From the NCBI GenBank assembly GCA_903840015.1, contig CAIMEL010000004.1:30671-94670 (forward strand): a stretch of 64,000 nucleotides of DNA. Direction: 5' to 3'. Positions within the stretch are counted from its first letter, which is position 1. Each line of letters starts with the position of its first letter. Below the pieces are notes generated by a model. That model ran no database searches. It saw only the letters and a list, made by a program, of their open reading frames with translations, and was not told the DNA's origin. The DNA comes from an uncultured bacterium (GTDB lineage: Bacteria; Patescibacteriota; Dojkabacteria; SC72). Below, in pieces: positions 37,448 through 45,998 of the stretch. A program made the translations under genes and the position numbers.

Positions 37448-38056
37448 ATGGTTAACAAATATCTTAAGAAGTTAAACAAGGTCGTAATTCTTCTTACTCT
37501 TTCCGATATTTTTGCTTGGGGACCATTCTTAATAATAACTGCAATATCTGCCGTATATCTTTCACATAGACTAGGAGAAGATATCGTGCAATTTGTTGGA
37601 ATAGGAACAGCAATATATTTTCTCACACGATCGATATTACAAATGCCAATTGGCCTACTTACTGACAAAATCAAGAGAGACAGAGATGAGATCTTAATCC
37701 TCTCGATAGGTGTTATTCTAATGGGGTTGCCATATGTTTTCTATCCTCAAATCACAGAACCTTGGCATTATTACGTATTGCAGTTTATTTTTGGTATGGG
37801 TGTGTCATTAAACTTAACAAGCTGGAGGAAGCTTTTTGCAACAAATGTAGACAAAGGACGAGAAGGTTTTCAATATGCCGCATACGAAACTGCTATCAGT
37901 ATAGCGACAGCTTTGTTAAGTACTTTGATTGGTAGTATTGCAAGCCTAGGAGATGTATATTTCGATCTAGTTATGATTAGTGCAGGAGTAGTTATGATGT
38001 TTGGTAGTATTTGGATAATCCTCATATACAAAGTAGAGAAAAGGAAAACACAGTAA
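37448..38056 (+). CDS. 6-TM MFS-like membrane protein (half-size)
   Basis: 202 aa; 6 predicted TM helices with MFS-like loop G.L.DK..R...; no partner half detected nearby. Confidence 0.4.
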   Translation: MVNKYLKKLNKVVILLTLSDIFAWGPFLIITAISAVYLSHRLGEDIVQFVGIGTAIYFLTRSILQMPIGLLTDKIKRDRDEILILSIGVILMGLPYVFYPQITEPWHYYVLQFIFGMGVSLNLTSWRKLFATNVDKGREGFQYAAYETAISIATALLSTLIGSIASLGDVYFDLVMISAGVVMMFGSIWIILIYKVEKRKTQ

Positions 38057-38077
38057 TTAAATTTTAAACATATCAAG

Positions 38078-38479
38078 ATGGAAAGAAAAGGAATCATAGG
38101 TCTAGCTGTTTTACTCTTACTTCTAGTTGTAATCGGTGCTGTTGTGTATCAAGTTGTTCTTGGCGATAATACAAAAAAAGATGACGACACATCTCTAGGA
38201 GAACCACATACACTTACTGAAGAAAACTTTGTGTTTGAATATACATATAAAGGGGATAATTTATGGTCATATACAGTAAAAGGTAATTTGCCAACTCCCT
38301 GTTACTCCATCAATACAGATGCTGTCGTTATGGAGAGCTTCCCTGAGCAAGTTATTGTAACATCACGGATTACTCCCCCTGCAAAGGATGTTATGTGTGC
38401 CCAAGTTATACAAGAAGTTAACGAGGTTGGAGAATTTAATGCGAGTGAGAAAGCAACTGTTAGCTTTAATGTTGAATAA
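38078..38479 (+). CDS. membrane-anchored hypothetical protein
   Basis: 133 aa; N-terminal TM (IIGLAVLLLLLVVIGAVVY), then a soluble domain with 2 Cys. Confidence 0.45.
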   Translation: MERKGIIGLAVLLLLLVVIGAVVYQVVLGDNTKKDDDTSLGEPHTLTEENFVFEYTYKGDNLWSYTVKGNLPTPCYSINTDAVVMESFPEQVIVTSRITPPAKDVMCAQVIQEVNEVGEFNASEKATVSFNVE

Positions 38480-38536
38480 ATCCTTGACATTCTTTTTGTA
38501 AATGCTACCATATACCCACACCTGAGGTAGGGGTAT

Positions 38537-38938
38537 ATGAAAAACAAACTTCTAACAATTGGAGCTATCGTAGTAAGCATCTTACTCATTGTTGCGGTGA
38601 TAATACTTAAGCAGCAATCTTCGGAAGAAGATGCATCTGGTTTAAAAATATCTCAGAATGTGAGTATCGTAGACGGTACTCAAATCATCGATATTGATGT
38701 CCGAAGTGGTTACTACGCTCCTAGACTCACATATGCAAACAAAGATTTGCCAACAAAACTTAGGATGAACTCTGTTGATTCATACGGATGTGAAAGAGCA
38801 TTCAGAATTCCAAGCTTAAATATTTCTTCAGAATTACCCCCAGATGGTTTAACAGAATTTGAACTTGGCACTCCTACAAAATCCATACTTGGGACATGCA
38901 GTATGGGAATGTATACCTTTTTAATCAAATTCATATGA
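38537..38938 (+). CDS. membrane-anchored cupredoxin-like domain protein (copper-operon associated)
   Basis: 133 aa; N-terminal TM; C-terminal C....C/M pattern (GCERAF...GTCSMGMYTFLIKF) resembling cupredoxin_1-type domains that accompany CopA; stop overlaps copA start (ATGA). Confidence 0.5.
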   Translation: MKNKLLTIGAIVVSILLIVAVIILKQQSSEEDASGLKISQNVSIVDGTQIIDIDVRSGYYAPRLTYANKDLPTKLRMNSVDSYGCERAFRIPSLNISSELPPDGLTEFELGTPTKSILGTCSMGMYTFLIKFI

Positions 38939-41103
38939 GCACAATTAAATACGAAGCAAAAATAGGCGGAATGCATTGTACTGCTTGCGCACTTAATATA
39001 GAGGATCAATTACAAGCGTTGGAAGGGATACAAAAGGTATCTGTAAATTACGCCTCAAGCAAACTGCATTTAGAATATGATGATAGCTTAGTAAATCTCT
39101 CAGATATCAAAAAGAGAGTAGAGCAAACTGGGTATTCCATAGTAGATAAAGATTCTGAAGAAAACAAATCGGAGAAATCAAAGTTAATATTTATACTCCC
39201 CATTTCTTTCGGGCTCTTCTTCCTGATGCTACTAGAACTTCTTTTGGGTCATATTGAAATTATGTATATGGAAGGATTGTTATTCATCTTTTCTACGATT
39301 ACCATGTTTTGGATTGGACAACCCTTTCTAAAAGGCATTTGGCGATTCTTAACAGGGAAAGGTGCAGATATGGACACATTAGTTGGGATTGGGACATTAA
39401 CAGCATATCTTTACAGTACAGTTATACTTTTAATCGAAACTTTACAAATAGAACTACCTCTTGAAAGTGCACTTTACTACGAAGCCCTAATTGTAGTTAT
39501 TGGCTTTGTAATCCTTGGGAAGCATCTTGAAAGTAATTCCCGAAAGAACACAGGCGATGCTATTCAAAGTCTCATAAAATTACAAGCCAAAAGTGCAATA
39601 GTGGAGAGAGACGGGCAAGAGATAGAGATAGCAACAGAAGATATTGCACTGGGGGATATTCTAATCATAAAACCTGGTTCACAGATTCCAACAGATGGAA
39701 TCATTACAGAAGGGGAGGCAGTGATAGATGAATCTATGATTACAGGAGAGTATCTACCTGTGCCTAAGAGCGTAAGTGAAGAAGTCATTGGAGGCACTAT
39801 CAATCAACAAGGATATCTTAAAATACAAGCAACAAAGGTTGGCAGAGAAACAATGCTATATCGGATCATACAACTTGTTGAGGAAGCTCAAAGTTCCAAA
39901 GCTCCAATCCAGAAACTGGTTGACAAAATCTCCCGAGTATTTGTTCCTACAGTTCTGTCACTAGCCGTCCTATCTTTCTTAATATGGGCAATAAGTGGAA
40001 ACATACCATATGGCATTTCATCCTTTGTTGCTACACTCGTTATAGCATGCCCCTGCGCATTAGGATTAGCTACCCCCACAGCAATAATTGTTGGTGTTGG
40101 CAAGGCAGCGAAGTTGGGAATTTTGATAAAAGATGCAGAGAAATTACAGAAACTAAGTTCGGTTTCTTGTGTCGTTTTTGATAAGACAGGAACTCTAACT
40201 TTAGGGAAACCGACAATTTCAGATATCTCCTCGAAAGGAGATGAAAACAAAATGTTACAAATAGCCTATTCATTAGCAAGCAAATCACAACATCCATTAA
40301 GCCTCGCAATTGCAAATGAAGCTGAGCAGAAAAAGCTAACCAAGCTCATGGTACAAGACTTTGTTAATGTTGATGGGAAAGGGCTTACAGGGAAGATTAA
40401 CAAGAAGAGATATTACCTCGGGAGTGAAAACTATATGAAAGACTTGAATATCAAATCGTCTTTTCAGATAAAAAGCAGCAATAGCTCTACAGTAATGTTA
40501 AGTGATGAGCAGGAGGTTCTAGGAGTAATGTATATATCAGATGAATTGAAGAGTGAAGCTCTCATCACAATTAAGAAATTGCAAGATCTTAATATACAGA
40601 CAGTATTACTTTCTGGAGATACGAAGAGAAATGTCGAAGATATTGCTAAGAGATTAAATATTAAGAAAATATATTCAGGGATACTACCAACAGACAAAGC
40701 TAAAATAATCGGAGATCTCAAGAAAACACATAAAGTAGCAATGGTCGGAGATGGAATCAATGATGCCCCTGCATTAGCATTGGCAGATGTAGGGATAGCG
40801 ATGGCAACAGGTACAGAAATTGCAATTAAAACATCAGATATTACACTTCTTGGCGGGAATATCTCCAAGATTCCTTCTGCAATAATACTCTCAAAACAAA
40901 TTATCAAAACAATAAGGGAGAATCTTTTCTGGGCATTCATATACAATACTCTCGGCATTCCAATCGCAATGGGAGTTCTTTTTCCAATATGGGGCATTTT
41001 GTTAAATCCAGCCTTTGCTGGTATTGCAATGTCGTTGAGCAGTATATCTGTGGTGCTTAACTCTCTAAGACTTAAGATTAGTAGAATCTCAGATGAAATC
41101 TAA
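38935..41103 (+). CDS. copA: copper-translocating P1B-type ATPase
   Basis: N-terminal HMA domain GMHCTACA; CPC ion-transduction motif (ACPCALGLATP); DKTGTLT phosphorylation site; GDGINDAP hinge. Start taken at ATG 38935 (MSTIKYEAKIGG), downstream of the ORF-track start 38896. Confidence 0.9.
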   Translation: MSTIKYEAKIGGMHCTACALNIEDQLQALEGIQKVSVNYASSKLHLEYDDSLVNLSDIKKRVEQTGYSIVDKDSEENKSEKSKLIFILPISFGLFFLMLLELLLGHIEIMYMEGLLFIFSTITMFWIGQPFLKGIWRFLTGKGADMDTLVGIGTLTAYLYSTVILLIETLQIELPLESALYYEALIVVIGFVILGKHLESNSRKNTGDAIQSLIKLQAKSAIVERDGQEIEIATEDIALGDILIIKPGSQIPTDGIITEGEAVIDESMITGEYLPVPKSVSEEVIGGTINQQGYLKIQATKVGRETMLYRIIQLVEEAQSSKAPIQKLVDKISRVFVPTVLSLAVLSFLIWAISGNIPYGISSFVATLVIACPCALGLATPTAIIVGVGKAAKLGILIKDAEKLQKLSSVSCVVFDKTGTLTLGKPTISDISSKGDENKMLQIAYSLASKSQHPLSLAIANEAEQKKLTKLMVQDFVNVDGKGLTGKINKKRYYLGSENYMKDLNIKSSFQIKSSNSSTVMLSDEQEVLGVMYISDELKSEALITIKKLQDLNIQTVLLSGDTKRNVEDIAKRLNIKKIYSGILPTDKAKIIGDLKKTHKVAMVGDGINDAPALALADVGIAMATGTEIAIKTSDITLLGGNISKIPSAIILSKQIIKTIRENLFWAFIYNTLGIPIAMGVLFPIWGILLNPAFAGIAMSLSSISVVLNSLRLKISRISDEI

Positions 41104-42070
41104 AAAAATATATATAAAAGGAATGCATTGTCCATCATGCGAAATATATATTGAGAAAGAATTAAAAAATATTCCAGAAATTAAAGCTATTAAAAGTAAC
41201 CACATTGAACAAAGTGTTACTTTCGAATCTGAAATAGCAGAGCATACAGTAATTGACCGAATCAATCCAATGATAAAGGGAAATGGGTATTTTGCTCAAA
41301 CTGATGCTCCAAAGAAAAGTGTAAACATAAGAGAGTTGGCATTTTCTTTTTTAATAGCATTGGGAATTTTCTTACTCTTCATTCTTCTACAAAAAGCACG
41401 AATCCTTCCTGAAGTCACAATGAAACAAAATACACTAGGAATGGCATTTACACTAGGTCTTACTGCTTCGATATCATCATGTATGGTAGTAGTAGGAGGA
41501 TTGATACTTTCGCTTTCAGCCACTTACAAAAAAGTTTCTTCCCTCGCATATTTTCATTTTGCCAGAATCATATCGTTCTTCCTCCTTGGAGGAGTGTTAG
41601 GACTTGTAGGACAAATATTCACATTTGGGAAAAGTTTTAACTTCATCACTGGCATAATACTCTTTGTAGTTATGACACTAATGGGAATGAATCTATTGGA
41701 AATATTTCCCATATTCAAGAAGATACAGATAAAGCTTCCGAAGACACTTGTCGGAGAGAAAATGACAAATGTTTCCTCACCAATATTACTTGGGATTTTG
41801 ACTTTCTTTCTACCTTGCGGGTTCACCCAATCAATGCAAATAGTTGCTATGAGTACTGCCAATTTTAAGGATGCTGCACTCATTATGTTGATATTCTCTC
41901 TTGGAACTTTCCCTGTACTGGCTCTTCTTTCATTTGGAGTAAAGTCTATTCGCAACAGGTTCAAATCTGCTCTTTTCCTTAAAACTGTCGGATTCTTGGT
42001 ATTAATGTTTGCAGTATACAACCTAGTGTCATTATTGATTTCTGTTGGTATAATTACTTTTATATATTAA
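41093..42070 (+). CDS. HMA-domain fused to polytopic permease-like membrane domain (DsbD_2/TauE-SafE-like); probable metal-handling membrane protein
   Basis: 325 aa; N-terminal GMHCPSCE heavy-metal-associated domain; about 7 TM helices with FLPCG motif; overlaps copA stop by 11 nt. Confidence 0.5.
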   Translation: MKSKKIYIKGMHCPSCEIYIEKELKNIPEIKAIKSNHIEQSVTFESEIAEHTVIDRINPMIKGNGYFAQTDAPKKSVNIRELAFSFLIALGIFLLFILLQKARILPEVTMKQNTLGMAFTLGLTASISSCMVVVGGLILSLSATYKKVSSLAYFHFARIISFFLLGGVLGLVGQIFTFGKSFNFITGIILFVVMTLMGMNLLEIFPIFKKIQIKLPKTLVGEKMTNVSSPILLGILTFFLPCGFTQSMQIVAMSTANFKDAALIMLIFSLGTFPVLALLSFGVKSIRNRFKSALFLKTVGFLVLMFAVYNLVSLLISVGIITFIY

Positions 42071-42081
42071 CCCCTTTAAAT

Positions 42082-42348
42082 ATGGATAAAAGCACAGCTT
42101 TAACAAATTTTAAGAAAGTTCGAACTCTTCTCGACAAAGTAATCGACATGGTTGAGAAGGACGGATATTGTATTGATATAATGCAACAAAACTTAGCTGC
42201 AATAGGGATGTTGAAATCTGCTCATCAATCCTTGATGGAGGGCCATCTTCATCATTGCTTTACGAAAGCAATAACATCAAAACAAGAGAAAAGGAAGAAG
42301 GAGATGATCGAAGAGATTTTGAAGGTAACTAAACTAGCAAACAAGTAG
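42082..42348 (+). CDS. csoR: CsoR/RcnR-family metal-sensing transcriptional repressor
   Basis: 88 aa; YCIDI....Q..A......H....HHC signature matching copper-sensing CsoR (Cys-His-Cys ligand set). Confidence 0.8.
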   Translation: MDKSTALTNFKKVRTLLDKVIDMVEKDGYCIDIMQQNLAAIGMLKSAHQSLMEGHLHHCFTKAITSKQEKRKKEMIEEILKVTKLANK

Positions 42349-42349
42349 A

Positions 42350-43516
42350 ATGGAAAAGATTGTTTTCTTTGACAATTCAGCAACAACCCCAATATCAGAG
42401 AAGGTGCTAGAGGCTATGATGCCTTACCTTACATCTAGTTATGGGAATGCATCAAGTATCTACTCATTGGGAAGGGATAGTCGCAAAGCTATAGACAAGG
42501 CAAGAGACCAAGTTGCGAAAGCTCTTAATGGTGATTCAAAAGAAATATATTTTACGAATTCTGGTACAGAATCTGACAACTGGGCAATTAAAGGTGTGGC
42601 ATATGCAAACAAAGACAAGGGAAAACATATAATAACCTCAAGTATTGAGCATCATGCAGTGTTGCATACCTGTAAACATCTTGAGAAGCAGGGTTTTGAG
42701 GTTACATATTTACCAGTTAACAAAAATGGACTGGTTGAAATAAAAGATTTAATTGAAGCTATTAGACCAGACACTATCTTAATTTCCATAATGTATGCAA
42801 ATAATGAGATTGGTACAGTACAACCAATTGAAGAGATAGGTGAAATTGCAAAAGAAAAAAATATATATTTTCATACAGATGCTGTTCAGGCAATAGGTAA
42901 TATCGATATTGATCTTCAGAAACTTAATATTGATCTGCTATCCCTCTCTGGCCACAAATTTAATGGACCAAAAGGAATAGGGGCTTTGTATATTAAGAAT
43001 GGAACAAAGGTAGAAAATCTGCTACATGGTGGAAGTCAAGAGAAAGGTAAGAGACCTAGTACAGAAAATGTTGCTGGGATTGTTGGTCTTGGGAAAGCAA
43101 TTGAGCTCGCAACTAAAGATATAGCAAAGAAAGAAAAGTATCTAAAGAATCTTAGGGAGTATGCAATTGAAAATCTCTTAAAGATTCCACATACTATTCT
43201 GAATGGTGACAGAGAAAGGCGATTACCTGGGAATGTAAATGTATGTTTCGAATACATTGAAGGAGAATCGATTCTTCTAATGTTAGATCAACACAATATT
43301 TGTGCTTCAAGTGGTTCTGCATGCACTTCAGGATCCTTAGATCCTTCTCATGTACTCTTAGCAATTGGCTTACCTCACGAGATAGCTCATGGGTCTTTAA
43401 GGCTTACTTTTTCAGAAAGAAACACAAAAGAAGAGATAGATTATCTCCTCAATCTTTTGCCAGCTATAATTCAAAGATTAAGAGATATGTCCCCTTTATA
43501 TAACCAAGCAAAATAA
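42350..43516 (+). CDS. iscS: cysteine desulfurase (NifS/IscS type, class V aminotransferase)
   Basis: 388 aa; PLP-lysine motif [17 protein letters not shown]; active-site Cys loop [10 protein letters not shown]. Confidence 0.9.
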   Translation: MEKIVFFDNSATTPISEKVLEAMMPYLTSSYGNASSIYSLGRDSRKAIDKARDQVAKALNGDSKEIYFTNSGTESDNWAIKGVAYANKDKGKHIITSSIEHHAVLHTCKHLEKQGFEVTYLPVNKNGLVEIKDLIEAIRPDTILISIMYANNEIGTVQPIEEIGEIAKEKNIYFHTDAVQAIGNIDIDLQKLNIDLLSLSGHKFNGPKGIGALYIKNGTKVENLLHGGSQEKGKRPSTENVAGIVGLGKAIELATKDIAKKEKYLKNLREYAIENLLKIPHTILNGDRERRLPGNVNVCFEYIEGESILLMLDQHNICASSGSACTSGSLDPSHVLLAIGLPHEIAHGSLRLTFSERNTKEEIDYLLNLLPAIIQRLRDMSPLYNQAK

Positions 43517-43518
43517 TT

Positions 43519-43896
43519 ATGGAAGAATACAGTAAGAAAGTAATGGAGCATTTCATGAATCCTAAGAATGTTGGGATTTTAGAAGACGCTAATGGGGTAG
43601 GAGAAGTAGGGAATCCAAGATGTGGAGACATAATGAGGATGTATATAAAAGTTGAGGAGAATATAATTAAAGATATTCGATTTCAAACTTTCGGGTGTGG
43701 AGCAGCAGTGGCAACCAGCAGTATGGTGACAGAGATGGTTAAAGGAAAAACAATAGAAGAGGCATTAGAGATTACCAACAAACAGGTAGCGGAAGCCCTG
43801 GATGGTCTCCCTCCTCTAAAGATGCACTGTTCAAACTTGGCAGAATCTGGAATAAAAGCTGCTATTGAGGATTACAAAAAGAAAAATGGACAGTAA
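43519..43896 (+). CDS. iscU: Fe-S cluster assembly scaffold (NifU/IscU N-terminal domain type)
   Basis: 125 aa; three conserved Cys (GNPRCGD, FGCGAAVATSS, KMHCS). Confidence 0.9.
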   Translation: MEEYSKKVMEHFMNPKNVGILEDANGVGEVGNPRCGDIMRMYIKVEENIIKDIRFQTFGCGAAVATSSMVTEMVKGKTIEEALEITNKQVAEALDGLPPLKMHCSNLAESGIKAAIEDYKKKNGQ

Positions 43897-44965
43897 CAAG
43901 AAAAAAAAAGTAATGATTGGAATGAGTGGTGGAGTAGATAGTTCTGTAGCAGCATATATATTGAAACAGAAAGGTTACGATGTAACTGGTGTGACTATGC
44001 AGATATGGCAGGAAGACAAAGAGCAAGAGGGTAGCTGTTGCTCACTGACGGCTGTAGAGGATGCTAGAAGAGTTGCTACTAAACTAGATATTCCTTACTA
44101 TGTTATCAATTTCAAAAAAGTTTTTGACGAAAAAGTCATTCAATATTTCATCAAAGAGTATTTGGCAGGCAGGACACCAAACCCCTGTATAGCTTGTAAC
44201 CGATATGTAAAATTTGAAGAGTTTTTAAACAAGGCAATATCAATGGATATGGATTATGTTGCAACTGGTCACTATGCGAAAGTAGATTACAAAGATGGAA
44301 GATATTTGTTAATGAAATCTGCGAGTAAAAAGAAAGATCAAACATATGTTCTCTACAATCTTACCCAGGAGCAACTCAGCAAAACTCTTTTTCCACTAGA
44401 AGACATAACGAAAGAAGAGGTTAGAGCAATAGCAAAAGAATTGAAATTAAATGTAGCTTCGAAACCCGATAGTCAAGAAATTTGTTTTGTAGAAGATAAT
44501 AACTACGGGAAATTCTTAGAAGAGAACAGTACCCTTAAAACAAAACCAGGTGACATAATCGATACGAAAGGTAAGCTATTAGGTAGACACAATGGAATAT
44601 ATAACTATACGATTGGACAGAGAAAAGGCTTAAGTATATCTTCAAACAAACCTTTGTTCGTTATCGATATAGACCCGATTAACAATCAAATAGTCGTGGG
44701 TGATGATTCTGAAGGTTTTGGAAAAACTTTGATTGCAGAAGATATTAATTTAATTGCTATTGAAAAATTAACAGAGGAGAGAAGGGTATCTGCAAAGATA
44801 AGATATGCTGCACAAGAATCTCTAGCGTTAATTAAACCTCTCGAAGACGACAAGATTCTCGTAAAATTCGACACTCCTCAAAGAGCTATTACACCTGGAC
44901 AAGCAGTAGTATTCTATGACGGAGATATTGTTCTCGGAGGAGGAACTATTGTGAAGAAGGATTGA
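43865..44965 (+). CDS. mnmA: tRNA-specific 2-thiouridylase
   Basis: PP-loop IGMSGGVDSSVAAYIL and catalytic Cys (PNPCIACN; ..QEICF) motifs; alternative start at ATG 43886 (MDSNKKKKVMIGMSGG) is equally plausible. Confidence 0.9.
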   Translation: MRITKRKMDSNKKKKVMIGMSGGVDSSVAAYILKQKGYDVTGVTMQIWQEDKEQEGSCCSLTAVEDARRVATKLDIPYYVINFKKVFDEKVIQYFIKEYLAGRTPNPCIACNRYVKFEEFLNKAISMDMDYVATGHYAKVDYKDGRYLLMKSASKKKDQTYVLYNLTQEQLSKTLFPLEDITKEEVRAIAKELKLNVASKPDSQEICFVEDNNYGKFLEENSTLKTKPGDIIDTKGKLLGRHNGIYNYTIGQRKGLSISSNKPLFVIDIDPINNQIVVGDDSEGFGKTLIAEDINLIAIEKLTEERRVSAKIRYAAQESLALIKPLEDDKILVKFDTPQRAITPGQAVVFYDGDIVLGGGTIVKKD

Positions 44966-44989
44966 TGAAAATATTCTAGTTTGTATAAT
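44962..44989 (+). promoter_or_regulatory. sigma70-like promoter: TTGATG-16-(TG)TATAAT (extended -10)
   Basis: TTGATG at 44962-44967; TGTATAAT at 44982-44989; located just after the mnmA stop and upstream of a strong SD. Confidence 0.45.
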
Positions 44990-45022
44990 GAGATAGTGGC
45001 ACCTTTGAAAGGAGGTGATTTC

Positions 45023-45112
45023 TTGCCTACCAAGAAAGAAAAAAAAGACAAGGAAAGGAGAACCCAAAAACCAACAAAAGGGAATTCTACAAACGGTAAG
45101 AATGGACATTAA
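45023..45112 (+). CDS. candidate 29-codon highly basic micro-protein (TTG start), not in ORF track
   Basis: Strong SD AAAGGAGGTGA (45008-45018) 4 nt before TTG; ORF LPTKKEKKDKERRTQKPTKGNSTNGKNGH then TAA; followed by a 13-16-bp perfect hairpin. Confidence 0.3.
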   Translation: MPTKKEKKDKERRTQKPTKGNSTNGKNGH

Positions 45113-45127
45113 GTAGGCAACCCACCA

Positions 45128-45167
45128 GTGGGCTTAATATGATTTTTATCACATATATTAAGCCCAC
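45128..45167 (+). other. strong 13-16-bp hairpin (GTGGGCTTAATAT..ATATTAAGCCCAC) with overlapping alternative CCCAC-CA-GTGGG hairpin; no U-tract
   Basis: Near-perfect inverted repeat directly after the micro-ORF and ~55 nt before the next gene; the GTGGG element is shared between two mutually exclusive stems. Confidence 0.4.
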
Positions 45168-45223
45168 TAACTCCCCCTTGAAAAGGTAGAGAAAGGGCTA
45201 TACAATGTACAATCATATTTTAC

Positions 45224-45985
45224 TTGCATAACAAAATGAAGAATAGAATTTTAAAAATAGTTATATTTATATCTGTATTGATTACCATCTTAGTAAATGC
45301 TTTAGCAAACATTTTACCTATTAATGGTTACAATACCGGAGAAATCTCTGATGATATCTCAATATATTTTGTTCCAGCAGGGTATGTTTTTGCAATATGG
45401 GGACTAATATATCTTGCATTAATGTTTTACGCTGTATATACATTTTTTGATTACGACAAGAAAGATAAGGAGATAGCTCCATATGTAATAGTTGCAGGGC
45501 TTGCTAATATTTCATGGATATTCCTTTGGCATTACAAACTAATAAGCTTCAGTGTAATACCAATGCTAATATTACTAGGTACACTCTTAATAATTTACCT
45601 CAAAACATCTAACAACCATTACTCTCCACTAAAAAGAATACCGTTTCAAATATATTTAGGCTGGATTTCGGTTGCCTCAATTGCGAATATTGCGGGAGCT
45701 CTTTATCTCTCAAATTGGACAGCTTTCAACTTAAAACCAGAGCTATGGTCAGCAATAATGATTGGAGTTGCCACAATTCTTGGTATATTGATGACGAATG
45801 GAAAGAAGGATTTCATCTATCCACTTGTTTTAATCTGGGCAGTAGTAGGTATCTTCGTAAGATTTTATGAGACTTCAGATCTCGTTGTCGGAGCTTCTAC
45901 AGTATCAGTTTTGGCACTACTAGGAAACTATATCTCAAATATATATAATTGTAGGTATAGGAAAGAAGAAAAAGAAACAAAATAA
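45224..45985 (+). CDS. polytopic membrane protein, TspO/MBR-like (tryptophan-rich sensory protein family) by motif
   Basis: 253 aa; about 6-7 TM helices; YFVPAGYVFAIWGLIYLALMFY resembles the TspO F.P..W.F..VW..LY pattern. Confidence 0.45.
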   Translation: MHNKMKNRILKIVIFISVLITILVNALANILPINGYNTGEISDDISIYFVPAGYVFAIWGLIYLALMFYAVYTFFDYDKKDKEIAPYVIVAGLANISWIFLWHYKLISFSVIPMLILLGTLLIIYLKTSNNHYSPLKRIPFQIYLGWISVASIANIAGALYLSNWTAFNLKPELWSAIMIGVATILGILMTNGKKDFIYPLVLIWAVVGIFVRFYETSDLVVGASTVSVLALLGNYISNIYNCRYRKEEKETK

Positions 45986-45998
45986 ATATCTTCTTGTA

